The notes below the pieces were generated by a model. It was not told the origin of the DNA and ran no database searches. It saw only the letters and a list, made by a program, of their open reading frames with translations. This document shows positions 15,007 through 27,143 of a stretch of 64,000 bases of DNA, piece by piece; position 1 is the first letter of the stretch; the number at the start of each line of letters is the position of its first letter. The stretch lies in NCBI GenBank assembly GCA_964106645.2, contig OZ067040.1. The stretch is one strand, 5' to 3'. Origin of the DNA: Podarcis pityusensis. Lineage: Eukaryota. The position numbers and the translations under genes are program-made.

Positions 15007-15041
15007 CAGTGGCCTCTAGTGCTTCATGGAGGAAAGTGCAG
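15007..15041 (-). promoter_or_regulatory. Candidate CTCF site with upstream motif
   Basis: The - strand CTGCACTTTCC-TCCATG-AAGCACTAGAGGCCACTG gives a core-like sequence plus a TGCA upstream module. Motif match only. Confidence 0.4.
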
Positions 15042-15985
15042 GCAGTTTAAGGGGGAATTATTTTTCTCCTCAGTGTGTGAGAGCAATACACGGAACCTGA
15101 TATTGGCTGCAAAAATACTAGCACCTGGAAACCTCACTATGCGATGATCTGTCTAGCTTCTGAAATTTCATTTCTCTTACAATTTCATGCAAAACCTGAT
15201 ATCTTCCCCACTCCCTGATGGCTTAATTTAAGTCACCCAAAAACCACAGTGAAAAAAGTGGGTTCTGGGTCCTCATTACACAGGGTAAGGATAGTCAAAT
15301 GAGAGTTGTAGAGCCCAGCTGATAATTTACAGGAAGTACAAGTCTATTTATTTTATTTTAGAATTCCTTTTCATTCTTTATTGCAAAGATCTGCATCACA
15401 TTCACCAATCCATCACTGGAAATATAATGGTCGCTAATGCAATGAAGGAAGAACCATAAAATTCGTTCTGGAGGGGAGATCTTCCAAGCAATTGAGACAA
15501 GCAGCACGAAGTAGGGAGAGGGCTTTGTGGTATGATGTGATTGCTATTTGTTTGGTTACAGCAATGAATATGCTTAGTAATTGCCTAGCACTCTTTCCTG
15601 CAGCTGAGAATAAATATGTCGGACGTTTGTCTGCAAAAATAAACATTTTGGGGAGGAAAATGTCCATCATGAAGCCAGGCTTGTAAATAAGCCCATAACA
15701 TATTAGCCTGATTTTTTTCTCCTTTATTTTAAAAAAGAAGAACTAGCTTTCTATGTTCTTGCAGAGATGGAAAAGATCTCCTCTGCAGCAGCCTGCTGCA
15801 TTTTTTGTGTGTTGCATGCAGAAGAGGGGACTTCCCTCCCCTGGCACTGCTTGATTCTGTGCTGAAGACAGAGTGCTCCTCCAGGAGTCCAGAAAGGCTC
15901 CGCACTGCCCAGACCTGACTTTGATGGCTGAGCTGTCCTAACATCCTCCATAATGGGCCCACAGGTGGCTGTTTTAATGATGGGT

Positions 15986-16331
15986 AAAGGTATAGGGACC
16001 CCTGACCATTAGGTCCAGTCGTGGCCGACTCTGGGGTTGCGGCGCTCATCTCGCTTTATTGGCTGAGGGAGCCGGTGTACAGCTGTCATGTGGCCAGCAT
16101 GACTAAGCTGCTTCTGGCGAACCAGAGCAGCGCACAGAAACGCCATTTACCTTCCCACCGGAGTAGTACCTATTTATCTACTTGCACTTTGATGTCCTTT
16201 CAAACTGCTAGGTTGGCAGGAGCAGGGACCGGGCAACGGGAGCTCACCCCGTCGCGGGGATTCAAACCACCAACCTACTGATCGGCAAGTCCTAGGCTCT
16301 GTGGTTAAACCCACAGCGCCACCCACGTCCC
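15986..16331 (-). mobile_element. Sauria SINE (Squam1-type)
   Basis: tRNA-like head GGGACGTGGGTGGCGCTGTGG, characteristic body and (ACCTTT) tail. 11-bp TSD TAATGATGGGT at 15975-15985 and 16332-16342. Confidence 0.92.
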
Positions 16332-16542
16332 TAATGATGGGTTGTGGTTTTTTTTTTAGGGGATGGGATTCAATTCACTTTGCATGTAAAGGGACACCCC
16401 CCCCTCAGTTTGCACTTTTCAAAACAATATTCAAACTGGAAAAACAGCTATCCATTGAAATTCACACTTCTCTGAATTTTGCAATGCAGTTATCCATTCA
16501 AGTAATGGATACAAACATGCATACAGCAGGGTAAAGTGTGTA

Positions 16543-16969
16543 CAGGCAACCCCCTCCCCATTTACGTGAGGGTTACATTCCAAGGCACCGCATGTATATG
16601 TGAAATCGTGCATATTTGAAACACCACTGGAAAAACCTGCAAGCACCCTCAAAGCCTCTGGAAACACTTGAAAAACCCAGTTTAAAAAAACCCAGCAGCA
16701 CTTACCAGACTCCAAACTCCACCACAATTGCTCTTTCCAAACCACCTCCCCCAAATTCCAACCCTACATAGGCCTCAACGGTCGGTGCAAGGGCTCATGG
16801 GATTGCACTTGCAAAGGCTCATGGGATTGTTAGGCACTGTTTTCGCACCTTTTCTGGGCTCTTTTAGGGCCGTTTTTGCCATTTTTGTAGTCACTTCCGG
16901 TTCAATGTGATGTGCGTATGCATGGCCATGGACGTATTGAATGCCTGTAAATGGAGGCGGGGTTGCCTG
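16543..16969. mobile_element. Tc1/mariner-type MITE nested in an older repeat (~16360-17200)
   Basis: TIRs CAGGCAACCCC...GGGGTTGCCTG with subterminal CCATTTAC/GTAAATGG, and TA on both sides. Confidence 0.8.
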
Positions 16970-18514
16970 TATATAAAGGCATATGTTGGTAAAAATAACC
17001 TACAAAGTTGCATTGTATTAGGGAACACCACGTGTGTGAGTCAAAATTTCATGCAAAAATGTGCATGTGACTAATTTTCACGAGGACTTAAAAAAATATC
17101 AAACTGATGTGCATATATATGGAGAACTGGACTTCCGAGTGAAAAATGGAGGAACTGAGACAAACCGAAATTGACAGATTTGCACATCTCTTGGGATGGG
17201 CAAGTGTTGATGGTGCTGCTTTTGAACAGGATCCAAGGATTGCTTTGTGCCGATCAGCTATAGCATATATTGAATCTGTGTATCTCCTGATATATCCTCC
17301 TCTCCTTAGATTGATGATGCTGTCCCTGCCCACATATCGGGACAGCGGAGATTTGGAAGGCCTGAGGGGGAGCTGGAGGCTGACACATCCAAAATGGTCA
17401 CTTAATTTTTCAAGGCGTACTCGTGTTTTGAAGCACAACAGTTTAGGAACCATTGATTAGCTTCCCTTTTGGCATGAAAAGCTGTGAAGAAGCAGCATGA
17501 GCAGGAAAAGGCAGTGGGAACCTCTCCTCATAATTGTATAGCTCTTTCTGGCTCGGCTGTAGGGGAACGTTTACTGCTGGCGGAGGTTCTCCATGGAATG
17601 GAAGACCCTGGAAGATGTGGGTCCTTCGTTGTACAGGGAGCTATGTAAAAAAAGAAAAAGAAAAGAGTTTCCCTGCTGCAGATAGGGACACAGGAAAACC
17701 AGAAGATGCTGTGTGATGGGGGGAGCGCTAAATGTGTGACACCCACCCTTTGCAACTCTCCTTCACAGCCTTAACTCCTGAGGAGGACTATTGCTTTCTG
17801 TGTTGGTTGAGGGAAAGTGATGTGCAATCTGGGGATTTCACCATTTACTGTTTTTTTGTGTTTTTTTAAAGAACTTGGGTGACAAACACTGTGGTCATAG
17901 TCACAGTTACTTTAGATAACACTTCAAAAAGGAAGGGGGGAAACACATGGTAAGGTGAAGAAATGAGAGGGACAGCCAGTACTTGGAGATAAAGATCTAT
18001 TAATATAAGAAGTGTGATGTTTTCAAGCTCTCTGTAAAAAGATCGCATGACTCAGGCTGCTGACTTGGGGTGCCTTGATGCAGTACAAGGACAGTTACTG
18101 GAAACTGGTCAAATGCCGGCATAATTTTTTTTAAGTGTCTAAATGGACCTTCGCAGCATGCAAATATTGCAAGTGTGCATGCATGTATGTCTATAAAGGT
18201 TTGACACGCTTTTCTATGTAAGCTGCTTACAAATTCTGAACAGTGTGAAATATAGCCCTTAAGATGGATCCATTCAAACAAAACAGTGGCATCAGATGAA
18301 TACCAGCAGATCAAGTTCTGCACAAACCCACCATTGAGTGTCAGTGCAAAATATAGGCAGTGGTGGAGCCAGATGCCCTCCCTCCTGGGACAATGTCTTA
18401 ATGTTGAGAGTGGCACTGTGGAAAAGGGCTGTTTCTCGAGTCTGATGGCAACAGAAGGCATAGCAGAGCTTCGGAAACGACTTCTTCATAGTTTTGTGAT
18501 TATCAGTAGATGTA

Positions 18515-18759
18515 CAGTGGTACCTTGGGTTAAGTACTTAATTCGTTCTGGAGGTCCTTACTTAACCTGAAACTGTTCTTAACCTGAGGTACCACTTTAG
18601 CTTAACCTGAAACTGTTCTTAACCTGAGGTATTACTTTAGCTAATGGGGCCGCCACGCGATTTCTGTTCTCATCCTGAAGCAAAGTTCTTAACCCGAGGT
18701 ACTATTTCTGGGTTAGTGGAGTCTGTAACCTGAAGCGTATGTAACCCGAGGTACCACTG
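18515..18759. mobile_element. Tc1/mariner MITE, family A, with an internal 40-bp tandem duplication
   Basis: TIRs CAGTGGTACC/GGTACCACTG and TA TSD. 18561-18600 is repeated at 18601-18640. Confidence 0.9.
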
Positions 18760-19530
18760 TATTTATTTTTTAATGAAGTCATTGTTCATATATTATTTTT
18801 GTCTCAAATCGTATGTGTTCTATTATGGCAAGCTGGTTCGTGAAGGGATTTCTCTTTAGTGCAGGGGTGGGCTAACCTTTTTCAACCACTCAAGGTGGGC
18901 CAACGCTTTGGAGGCCTCATCCTGGTGGTTGTGGCCACCAACCACAGTCACTCTTTTTGCTTGCACATACACAGATTACAAAAGCACGGCAACTACAATA
19001 CACACAGACATACTGCACATAGAGCACAAGCAAGTCAGACACCTGTCTCTATCACATAACTTCCGTGCACTTCTGCAGGCACATATCGTTCTCTCTTACA
19101 CACACATGTACCTGCAGGTACACACCATTACGTCTTCCTGTTTCTCTCTCTTCCTCACACACACAGGCACACACACCACGGAAGACAGCAGTGGAGTGGA
19201 TGGTCTGATTCCTTCCCATCTCTCTGCTGGGTGCAGAGGAGACGTTCTCCTACCTCCAAGCCCAATGCTGTCATCGGAAAGAAGATACACTGGCCCTCTG
19301 CCCACCTTGGGAAAAGTGCCTCTTCTTCTGCTTGTGTGTTACTGTCGCTTGCAGGTCAGGCTGCTCAGGAAACAAGAAGGACCTCCTATTTCCAGAGCTC
19401 TCCAACCTGCTAGCATTGACAGTGTGCAAGTGGAATGAGAGACACCTTTCCAAGGTAAGGCCAGGGCGCTGGAGGACTACTGACAATAGCTTGGCATATC
19501 TGATCCAGTTGGTGGACCTCAAGTTTGCTA

Positions 19531-19533
<3 letters not shown>

Positions 19534-19562
<29 letters not shown>

Positions 19563-19594
19563 CTGTCTGTCTGTCTGTCTGCCTGCCTGTCTGT
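19534..19594. repeat. (GT)n + (GTCT)n microsatellite
   Basis: Seen directly. Confidence 0.95.
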
Positions 19595-19673
19595 TTGAGA
19601 CACTTGGGATGGTATCCCCTGAAGCTTTGCAAGAGTGGAGGGCAGCTGGCTAGGGCCATCTGCCTTTCAAGTA

Positions 19674-19927
19674 CAGTGGTACCTCGGGATGCGAACGGGA
19701 TCCATTCTGGAGCCCCATTTGCATCCAGAAGCAAACGTAACTAGCGACAGCATGGCTGCACATGCGCGTGTCGCTTTTCGCCGCTTCTGTGCATGCGCGT
19801 GATGTCATTTTGAGCCTTTGCGCGAGCGGCGAAACCCGGAAGTAACACGCTCCATTACTTCCGGGTTGCCGTGGAGCGCAACTCAAACACGCTCAACATG
19901 AAGCATATTCAACCCGAGGTATGACTG
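19674..19927. mobile_element. Tc1/mariner MITE, family B
   Basis: CAGTGGTACCTCGGG...CCCGAGGTATGACTG with TA TSD; CpG-rich body unlike family A. Confidence 0.85.
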
Positions 19928-22900
19928 TATGGTATATAGAGGCTATCCCCCCCCCCGAAGGTGTTTCTCACTCAAAGAAAAAGTACCCCATATAATAAAA
20001 CAATAGTAGCATTCTGTTGACAGCTACACTTAAAATGCATTTCTTCTGGTTGAGCAGTCTTTTGGTTGTTCTGGCCTATCTTAAAAATGGATAAATACGT
20101 TTCCATATATAACAAACAGCACCTATATGTTTTATACTTCATGGTCTAGTGGGAAATGAATGGATGCCTTTGAAAAAAATCAATGCTCACAAAAGAAGGT
20201 GGAAGGGATGCATTTAAAACTTAAGTGCTTTTTTCCCATTTTCAATTATAGATCATGCCCCCTCCCCAGGCATTGTAGGGTTGTAGTATAGACTAAGAAT
20301 AGCCACTAGCAGATGAAATGCAAAATGTGGACTGAAGAGGCCTGGGTTCCAATCCCTGCTTAGTCATAACACTCACTGTGCTGCCTTGGACAAATCAATA
20401 CCCTCCAGTCTTACAAACAAGGTAGTTGTTCAGATCAAATAGGGTATTATGCTGTATGCTGTCCCTTGAGATCCTTGGCAGATTGGCAGGGTACAAATGT
20501 ACTAAATTTAAAATAAATGACCAATCAGCAGGAGAACAGCTGCTTGACCCCTGATTCTTTCTTCACAACCGATGGCAATTTGTTAGCAGAAAGAGAAACA
20601 GGAATATTATTTACCAAAGCCACAAGCACTTACCATTCCCAAACAAAGCATGAACTCACTCACTCGTGAGGAAATATTTAGTGCATTGTGAATCTTCACA
20701 GGTTCAAAGGGGGGGCGGGAGAGATTCCATTAATCCACATTATTAGAGGAAAACATACTTATGGTTGCCTTTTGACTAGGGTTCAAAGAATCGAAGATGG
20801 AAGGTCTTCAAATATATACCAAGTTAGACGATTGCATAGATAATGCATGTTTATTTTTAGCAAGCTTGCTTGTGCAGAAACTGTATTGGATGTTTAGTCA
20901 TTGTTTGTGTTTAATGGATCTATTTCTAATTGTGAAAAATGCTCACTCAGGCTGCGCTCCTGTACACTTCACTGGGAGAAACCAGTGGGACTTACTTCTG
21001 AGTAGACATGGGTGGAATTGCACTCTGCCTGAGTGCCCTAACACCCTACAATAATCCTCAAATTACAGGTAATTTGCTAATGTAAAATGAAAGGGAGAGT
21101 GTTCTAATGAAGTCAACACAACTTCACAGCTCATTTTCTAGACTCTCTGGAAATATATCTGGGTATAGTATTTCAAGATTTTACTGTAAAATTTCCTGCC
21201 TTCCTTCCACTAGGAGACTCAAGGCAGCAAATGCCGCAGAAATATAATCAAGACATCTTCCTATGCAATTTTAAATAGAGCATGTCCTGTATCTTCCAGT
21301 CACTTTGAGTCTCCGAACTCTTAACACTTCAGTGAAACTACTAAATACATTGTATTTATAAATGTGTTAATTGGTGTTTTGTCAGAATGGGTAAGTGACT
21401 TATCATTTGCCATGAATATACAGCCTGTGCATTGACATAGTGAATGCAAACAGTTACATATGTTTTTGTTTCACTGTAATTTTTCATCAAACTATCTGAA
21501 CAAATATTTGTCAATTAGAAATTTGTTTATTTGTAGGGTGGGGCATATTTTAGCTAGGATGAAAAAATGAATGGACTAGGGTTTGGCAAATAACTTTTTT
21601 TGGTGTATCATTCAACTCATAAGCATTTAGGGTGATATACAACGAAGTCATACTTTGAGTGGGTTACTTATATCCATTGATTTCAGCAGGTCTACTCTGA
21701 GTATAACTGTTGGAAGCGCAACTGCAGAGATCATTCATTTTGATTTTGTTATGTACGTCTACTGTGAATGAAGCCCCATAGAGTTTAGTGAGGCTTTCGC
21801 CCTGCCTGAATAAATTGTTTAAAGAAATCATTTCTGCTTTCCACGAAACCATAGTTTCGCGAAACAAACATTGCCCTTCAAAGTTCAAGAGGCTTCTAAT
21901 GTAACTGTCGTTGTTGTGATGGAAATTTTTAGGGAACCAAAATGATCATTGGGGCAGTTGTATTCTAAGGTACTGGGAATAGGAGACCCAGTTCATGTAT
22001 TAGCTCAGCTGGCTCTCTCTCATGCCCTTATTAGCACACCATTCACACCTCCAGGACTAATGTGTGGATCAGAATGTAATTATCTGTTGGATTTCACACA
22101 TCTTTGAATTTTGCAATGTTCTTCTCAACTCCAAGAAATGTTGCAAAATACGATTTAAAATGTGTGTTTCAGAAATGCATACACGCATCAGGATAAATAT
22201 GTATTTAAAATGTGATTTTATGTTGTGAACCGTCCTGAGATCTATGGGTATAGGGCAGTATGCAGATTTAATAAATAATAAATAGTAATAAAATATATAA
22301 ATTTGGGGGAAACTGAGGTTGTTCTAAAACTGGAATACCTCATCAAAACCTTTTTCTACTTTAGGAACAAGAGCTATATTTTTAAATTGCATTTGCATTG
22401 ATTTTCAGGATAGCAACAACAATAAGAGGAGAAACAAATTTGTAAAAACCCTGGAAACATACAGAGGGAATAATAAAATAACAAAGGCAACAGTGAGAGT
22501 GCAAGTACAACAATTGCGCTTCTGAACCAAATACCTGCCTTGTTCTGTATTCCTGCAACAATGGAAAGTTACTTTCACAACACTGAGTCCTGAGCGTGTT
22601 TGCTTATGACTTCATCAAACACAATAGTGTTGCTACCCTCACTAACGTCGGGGGTAGCTGGCAGAAGCTGGTATTGTTGGGCACCTGACGAGGCCCATAT
22701 CTTGGCAGAGGTCCACTGCAAACCTCCAGGGGGCCCTGGCATTGCTGCCTAAGCAAGCAATCAGTGATAGAAGCAAGGAGAAAAAGTAGCATCTACACCG
22801 ACTTCGCTGCCTTCTCTCTCCGGATGGATTGGACTCAGAAGGAAGAGGAGAAGTGAATGGGCAGCAGTGGCAGCAAGAAAAAGCTTACAAGGATCTGCAC

Positions 22901-23077
22901 AGGGTATCTGGCTCAAGCCCCCCCCCCAAAAAAAAATATTGGAGCTGGCACTAACTAATATTGCTAGCACTGCATCTGTGAGTGAATACATTTTTTTCCA
23001 GCTGCATGAAGTTGCTGCAAATATATTCCTTTTTAAGCAAAGTGTGAAGGAAGTAACTCACTCAGCATTCAGACAAA

Positions 23078-23132
<55 letters not shown>
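23078..23132. repeat. (AC)n(AG)n microsatellite
   Basis: Seen directly. Confidence 0.95.
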
Positions 23133-23138
<6 letters not shown>

Positions 23139-24864
23139 CATTCCACCTCCTGCAGCATTTCCCAGTTTTACCAATTCAGGGTTTATATTAGGAAGGAGGG
23201 CAGAAAGTCATATGACGGTGTTTCCTCCCTTTCTTTTAAATTGTTGTTGTTACAATGGTTGTTATTTCTGAGATTCTGCATCTCTAGTATGGATTTCCAT
23301 TTCTCGAGAACTGGATACCAGAGGAAACTAAAGGCCTGAATTATTATTTGACAAAGGCAAATGGAAGCTAGATCCTGTCAGACAGGAAGCTTCATTTACC
23401 AGCACACGTTCAAAAATGAAATGTTCTGTAAATGCATTTAATGAGCTATAAAACAGACTTCTGTGCTTTAAAAATTGCTTCCTCCCAACACGATGTTCTG
23501 AATCTGTAAATACAATACAATTGTACAAATTTAGAACAATTACCAAAGCAAATTAGCAGATTGGGCAGTGAAGTGATGTGAAGGAGGTGTTGCTGCGTGA
23601 GAACTGCAAATACAGAAATAAATGTGTTTTTTAACATGTTGCAGAAATTCAAGGTTTCCCCCTCATGCTCAGGCCCTCCTACATTCCACTCCTCCTCTCT
23701 CAAGAGCAAGTTGTTGTTGTTGTTGTTTGCCAGCATACAAAAGATGAGGTAGAACATGACTTGCTGAACTTTCACCTGTTTCAAAGGTTAACAGCCTTGT
23801 GTTCAGAAGTAAAATGGTGATGTTATGGGTACTTTGGCTCTCCCAGTCTTCCAGGCATAGCTTTTTGATAGTGTCTGAAGCAGAGAAGAGATATAAAGAA
23901 GAAAGAAAAGTGGATGAGCCGCTTACAGAGAAGGTGACATTAAAAAAAAGAAAAAAGAGTATTGGCAAAATTAATACATGGCAAATAAAGTTCGGCTTTC
24001 ACATGTTCTGAACAGGTTCATTTTACATTGTGTACCACTGAAATGATAAAACAGAATTTTTGTAATGCAGCTTTCAGTAACCTGGTTCTTTTCAGATGTT
24101 TTGGGCAGTGGACTACAACTCCCATGAGCACTAGTACTTGCTGGAACTGATAGGAGATGCTGTCAAAAGAATCCAGAGGGCAGTAGGTTACTGAAGGCTG
24201 CTATAATGTGTATGTAGGGGGAATTATAATATGTCGAAAGGATCCTTCTTAGAGTTGGGGGGGGGGGAGAATATCACAGTAGTGTGAAAAGATGATTGGA
24301 CAAAGGCCAGACTCTGAAACGTTTCCCCAGATCATACAGGGAGGCCCATCTCTGAGAACATGGCTTCCTGGAAGATTTTGGCCTTAGTATCTCTCTATAG
24401 AACTGGATTGGGGGCTAACTATCTTTCTTCTGGATTGTTATTACCCTTTAGGTTCATCACCTTTAAAAAACTTGCCTCTTGTATTTATTTATTTTTAATC
24501 ATCTGAATGCTACCATTTTTTTTTTTGCAATAAATCTACTTGAGTACCGAATTGAAACTTGTTGAAAGAAATAATGGAGACATGCAGCTGAAACTGGTGA
24601 GACATTTGACTTCCTCCGGAACAAAGGGGACCTTTCACATGGAAGTTAACCTTATCTTCAAATAGTTGGGACATTCGTTTCGTAAGCATGGTAGAAAGAC
24701 TGGTAATAGTTTGCAGCACATACAACATTTTACAGCAATAAGTCGTTTGTAGTTTGTTAGATTTTTACATGTAGCCAGTTTATCCACCTGACTTTGTATT
24801 CAAAAGTAGCTGGTCCTTCTAGGGATGCAAAGGTGTACCTGAAATGGAGACAGATGTAGCTAAT

Positions 24865-25000
24865 GTTCTATCTGGCCAGGTTGTTATGGAAACCTTTCAG
24901 ACTGTGCAGCCTGAGGACATAGAGGGACTGCTTGAGGATTGAGAAACGTCGTCTGTACCCTTGACCTTTGCCCTCCCAGCTAATTACATCTGTCAGATCT
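24865..25000 (+). mobile_element. L2 LINE fragment
   Basis: Reads FQTVQPEDIEGLL...CTLDLCP, resembling the L2 motif FQLVxPEDVDR...CxLDPCPSWL. Confidence 0.55.
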
Positions 25001-25079
25001 GTCCTGCATATTTTGGGTTTCAGAGGTGTGGATGTATGCAACTTATTTGAATGGGGTTGCGCTTGTATTTAACTGAGTA

Positions 25080-25305
25080 CAGTGGTACCTCGGGTTAAGA
25101 ACTTATTTCGTTCTGGAGGTCTGTTTTTAACCTGAAACTGGTCATAACTTGAGATACCACTTTAGCTAATGGGGCCCCCTGCTGCTGCCACGCCGCTGCT
25201 GGGCGATTTCTGTTCTCATCCTGAAGCAAAGTTCTTAACCCAAGGTACTATTTCTGGGTTAGCGGAGTCTGTAACCTGAAGCGTCTGTAATCCGAGGTGC
25301 CACTG
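25080..25305. mobile_element. Tc1/mariner MITE, family A
   Basis: CAGTGGTACCTCGG...CCGAGGTGCCACTG with TA TSD; same body as 6845-7086. Confidence 0.9.
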
Positions 25306-25699
25306 TACATCTTTGACGCACGTCATCTTGTGCATCTGAAAAGTTTTCCATTGGTCTTGTTCTTGTACAAATCTAGAAAATTCTGAGCCTTGGTTGTGTC
25401 CAAGGATATGGAAGAACTGCAGCAGAGCTCTGAAGTAGTGCTTTGTAGACTAGATTTTGGTCATGAGAAGCAAATGATGTCACTTCTATGGTATGGGTCA
25501 TATCCTCGAAGCATAAAACACTATTTTAATTGCTGCATTTGCAAGCTGCTGATTATCAAGTTGCTAATACATCCAAAATCAAATGTTAATTTCACTTGGA
25601 GCAAATTTAATTTTAATGAGATTTTGTGTATATGATGTTGGGTAGAATTTCTTATTAATGGTTGGTGGTAATAAATTTGAGGGTCAGTAGTCTGAACAG

Positions 25700-26059
25700 C
25701 GGGGACGCGGGTGGCGCTGTGGGTAAAAGCCTCAGCGCCTAGGGCTTACCGATCGAAAGGTCGGTGGTTCGAATCCCCGCGGCGGGGTGCGCTCCCGTTG
25801 CTCGGTCCCAGCGCCTGCCAACCTAGCAGTTCGAAAGCACCCCCGGGTGCAAGTAGATAAATAGGGACCGCTTACTGGCGGGAAGGTAAACGGCGTTCCG
25901 TGTGCTGCGCTGGCTCGCCAGATGCAGCTTTGTCACGCTGGCCACGTGACCCGGAAGTGTCTCCGGACAGCGCTGGCCCCCGGCCTCTTAAGTGAGATGG
26001 GAACACAACCCTAGAGTCTGTCAAGACTGGCCCGTACGGGCAGGGGTACCTTTACCTTT
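25700..26059 (+). mobile_element. Sauria SINE, CpG-rich young copy of a distinct subfamily
   Basis: B-box GGTTCGAATCC and ACCTTT tail. 12-bp TSD TAGTCTGAACAG at 25688-25699 and 26060-26071. Confidence 0.93.
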
Positions 26060-26227
26060 TAGTCTGAACAGAATACAAAAGAGATGCGAAGAAAACAGCC
26101 AAAAATGTATTTCATATGGCAGAACTATTTGCTCCAATCCAAGTTAGCAACTTGTTCCTTAAAAATACACACAGTTGTTCAATTCACATTCTCCTCTAAA
26201 CCAGTGTTGCCCAGACTTAGAATAATC

Positions 26228-26375
26228 ACATAGCTCAGTTGGTAGAGCATGAGACTCTTAATCCCAGGGTTGTAGGTTTGAGCCCTACATTGGATGAAAG
26301 ATTCCTGCACTGCAGGGGGTTGGGCTAGATGAACCTAGTGGCCCCTTCCAACTCTACAGTTCTATGATTTTATGA
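26228..26375 (+). mobile_element. Short tRNA-Lys-derived SINE with CR1-type tail (Squam2-like)
   Basis: TAGCTCAGTTGGTAGAGCATGAGACTCTTAATC head; tail CCCCTTCCAACTCTACAGTTCTATGATTTTATG. Confidence 0.8.
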
Positions 26376-26604
26376 CTAATTGAGAGTTTAGTCTTACCGG
26401 TGTCCCCCTTCCTTTGGTCAGCTGCCGCTTGAGCCTAATCTTACCATGGCTGTCTTTCGAAGTCGGGGGGAGGGGGCCCTTTTAGTATGTTCTTATATAC
26501 TGTCTTCTCTCTACTGAGTGTCCCAAGAGCTAGAGCAGGGTTCGTTCAGAATACTCTAATAGACCCTGCCAGCCTTTTCTTTGCATTCCTGTACTCAGCA
26601 TCAA

Positions 26605-26961
26605 GTGGGATGCAGGTGGCGCTGTGGGTTAAACCACAGAGCCTATAACTTGCCGATCAGAAGATCAGCGGTTCAGATCCCTGCGATGGGATGGGGTGAG
26701 CTCTCGTTGCTCGGTCCCTGCTCCTGCCAACCTAGCAGTTTGAAAGCACATCAAAGTGCAAGTAGATAAATAGGTACCGCTTTGGCAGGAAGGTAAATGG
26801 CATTTCTGTGCGCTGCTCTGGTTCGCCAGAAGCGGCTTAGCCATGCTGGCCACATGACCCGGAAGCTGTACGCCGGCTCCCTCGGCCAATAAAGCGAGAT
26901 GAGTGCCGCAACCCCAGAGTCGGCCATGACTAGACCTAATGGTCAGGGGTCCCTTTACCTT
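26605..26961 (+). mobile_element. Sauria SINE
   Basis: Same body as 15986-16331. 13-bp TSD TACTCAGCATCAA at 26592-26604 and 26962-26974. Confidence 0.93.
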
Positions 26962-27097
26962 TACTCAGCATCAAACCAGTGTCACTGTTCTACCAGAGAT
27001 TTTTTTTTTTTGGTTCTTTGGTGTTAATCAAGTAGGGTTTGATGCTTTTATTTGTTGGTAAATCTCCACCTGGTTGGACGAGTTGCTTTCAAAGGAT

Positions 27098-27143
27098 TTG
27101 CGCAGACACTTGCGCAGACATTTGCACAGACATTTGCACAGAC
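27098..27143. repeat. 12-bp minisatellite (TTTGCRCAGACA) x ~4
   Basis: ttgcgcagaca cttgcgcagaca tttgcacagaca tttgcacagac. Confidence 0.85.

Noticed and set aside
26228-26300. tRNA-Lys-like gene (also the tRNA-like heads at 6246, 13330-13400 and 25700)
   Set aside because: Each continues into a SINE body or tail and has a degenerate acceptor or T stem; these are SINE heads, not tRNA genes.
27098-27143. CRISPR-like or coding repeat
   Set aside because: Plain 12-bp tandem repeat with no spacers, in eukaryotic intronic DNA.
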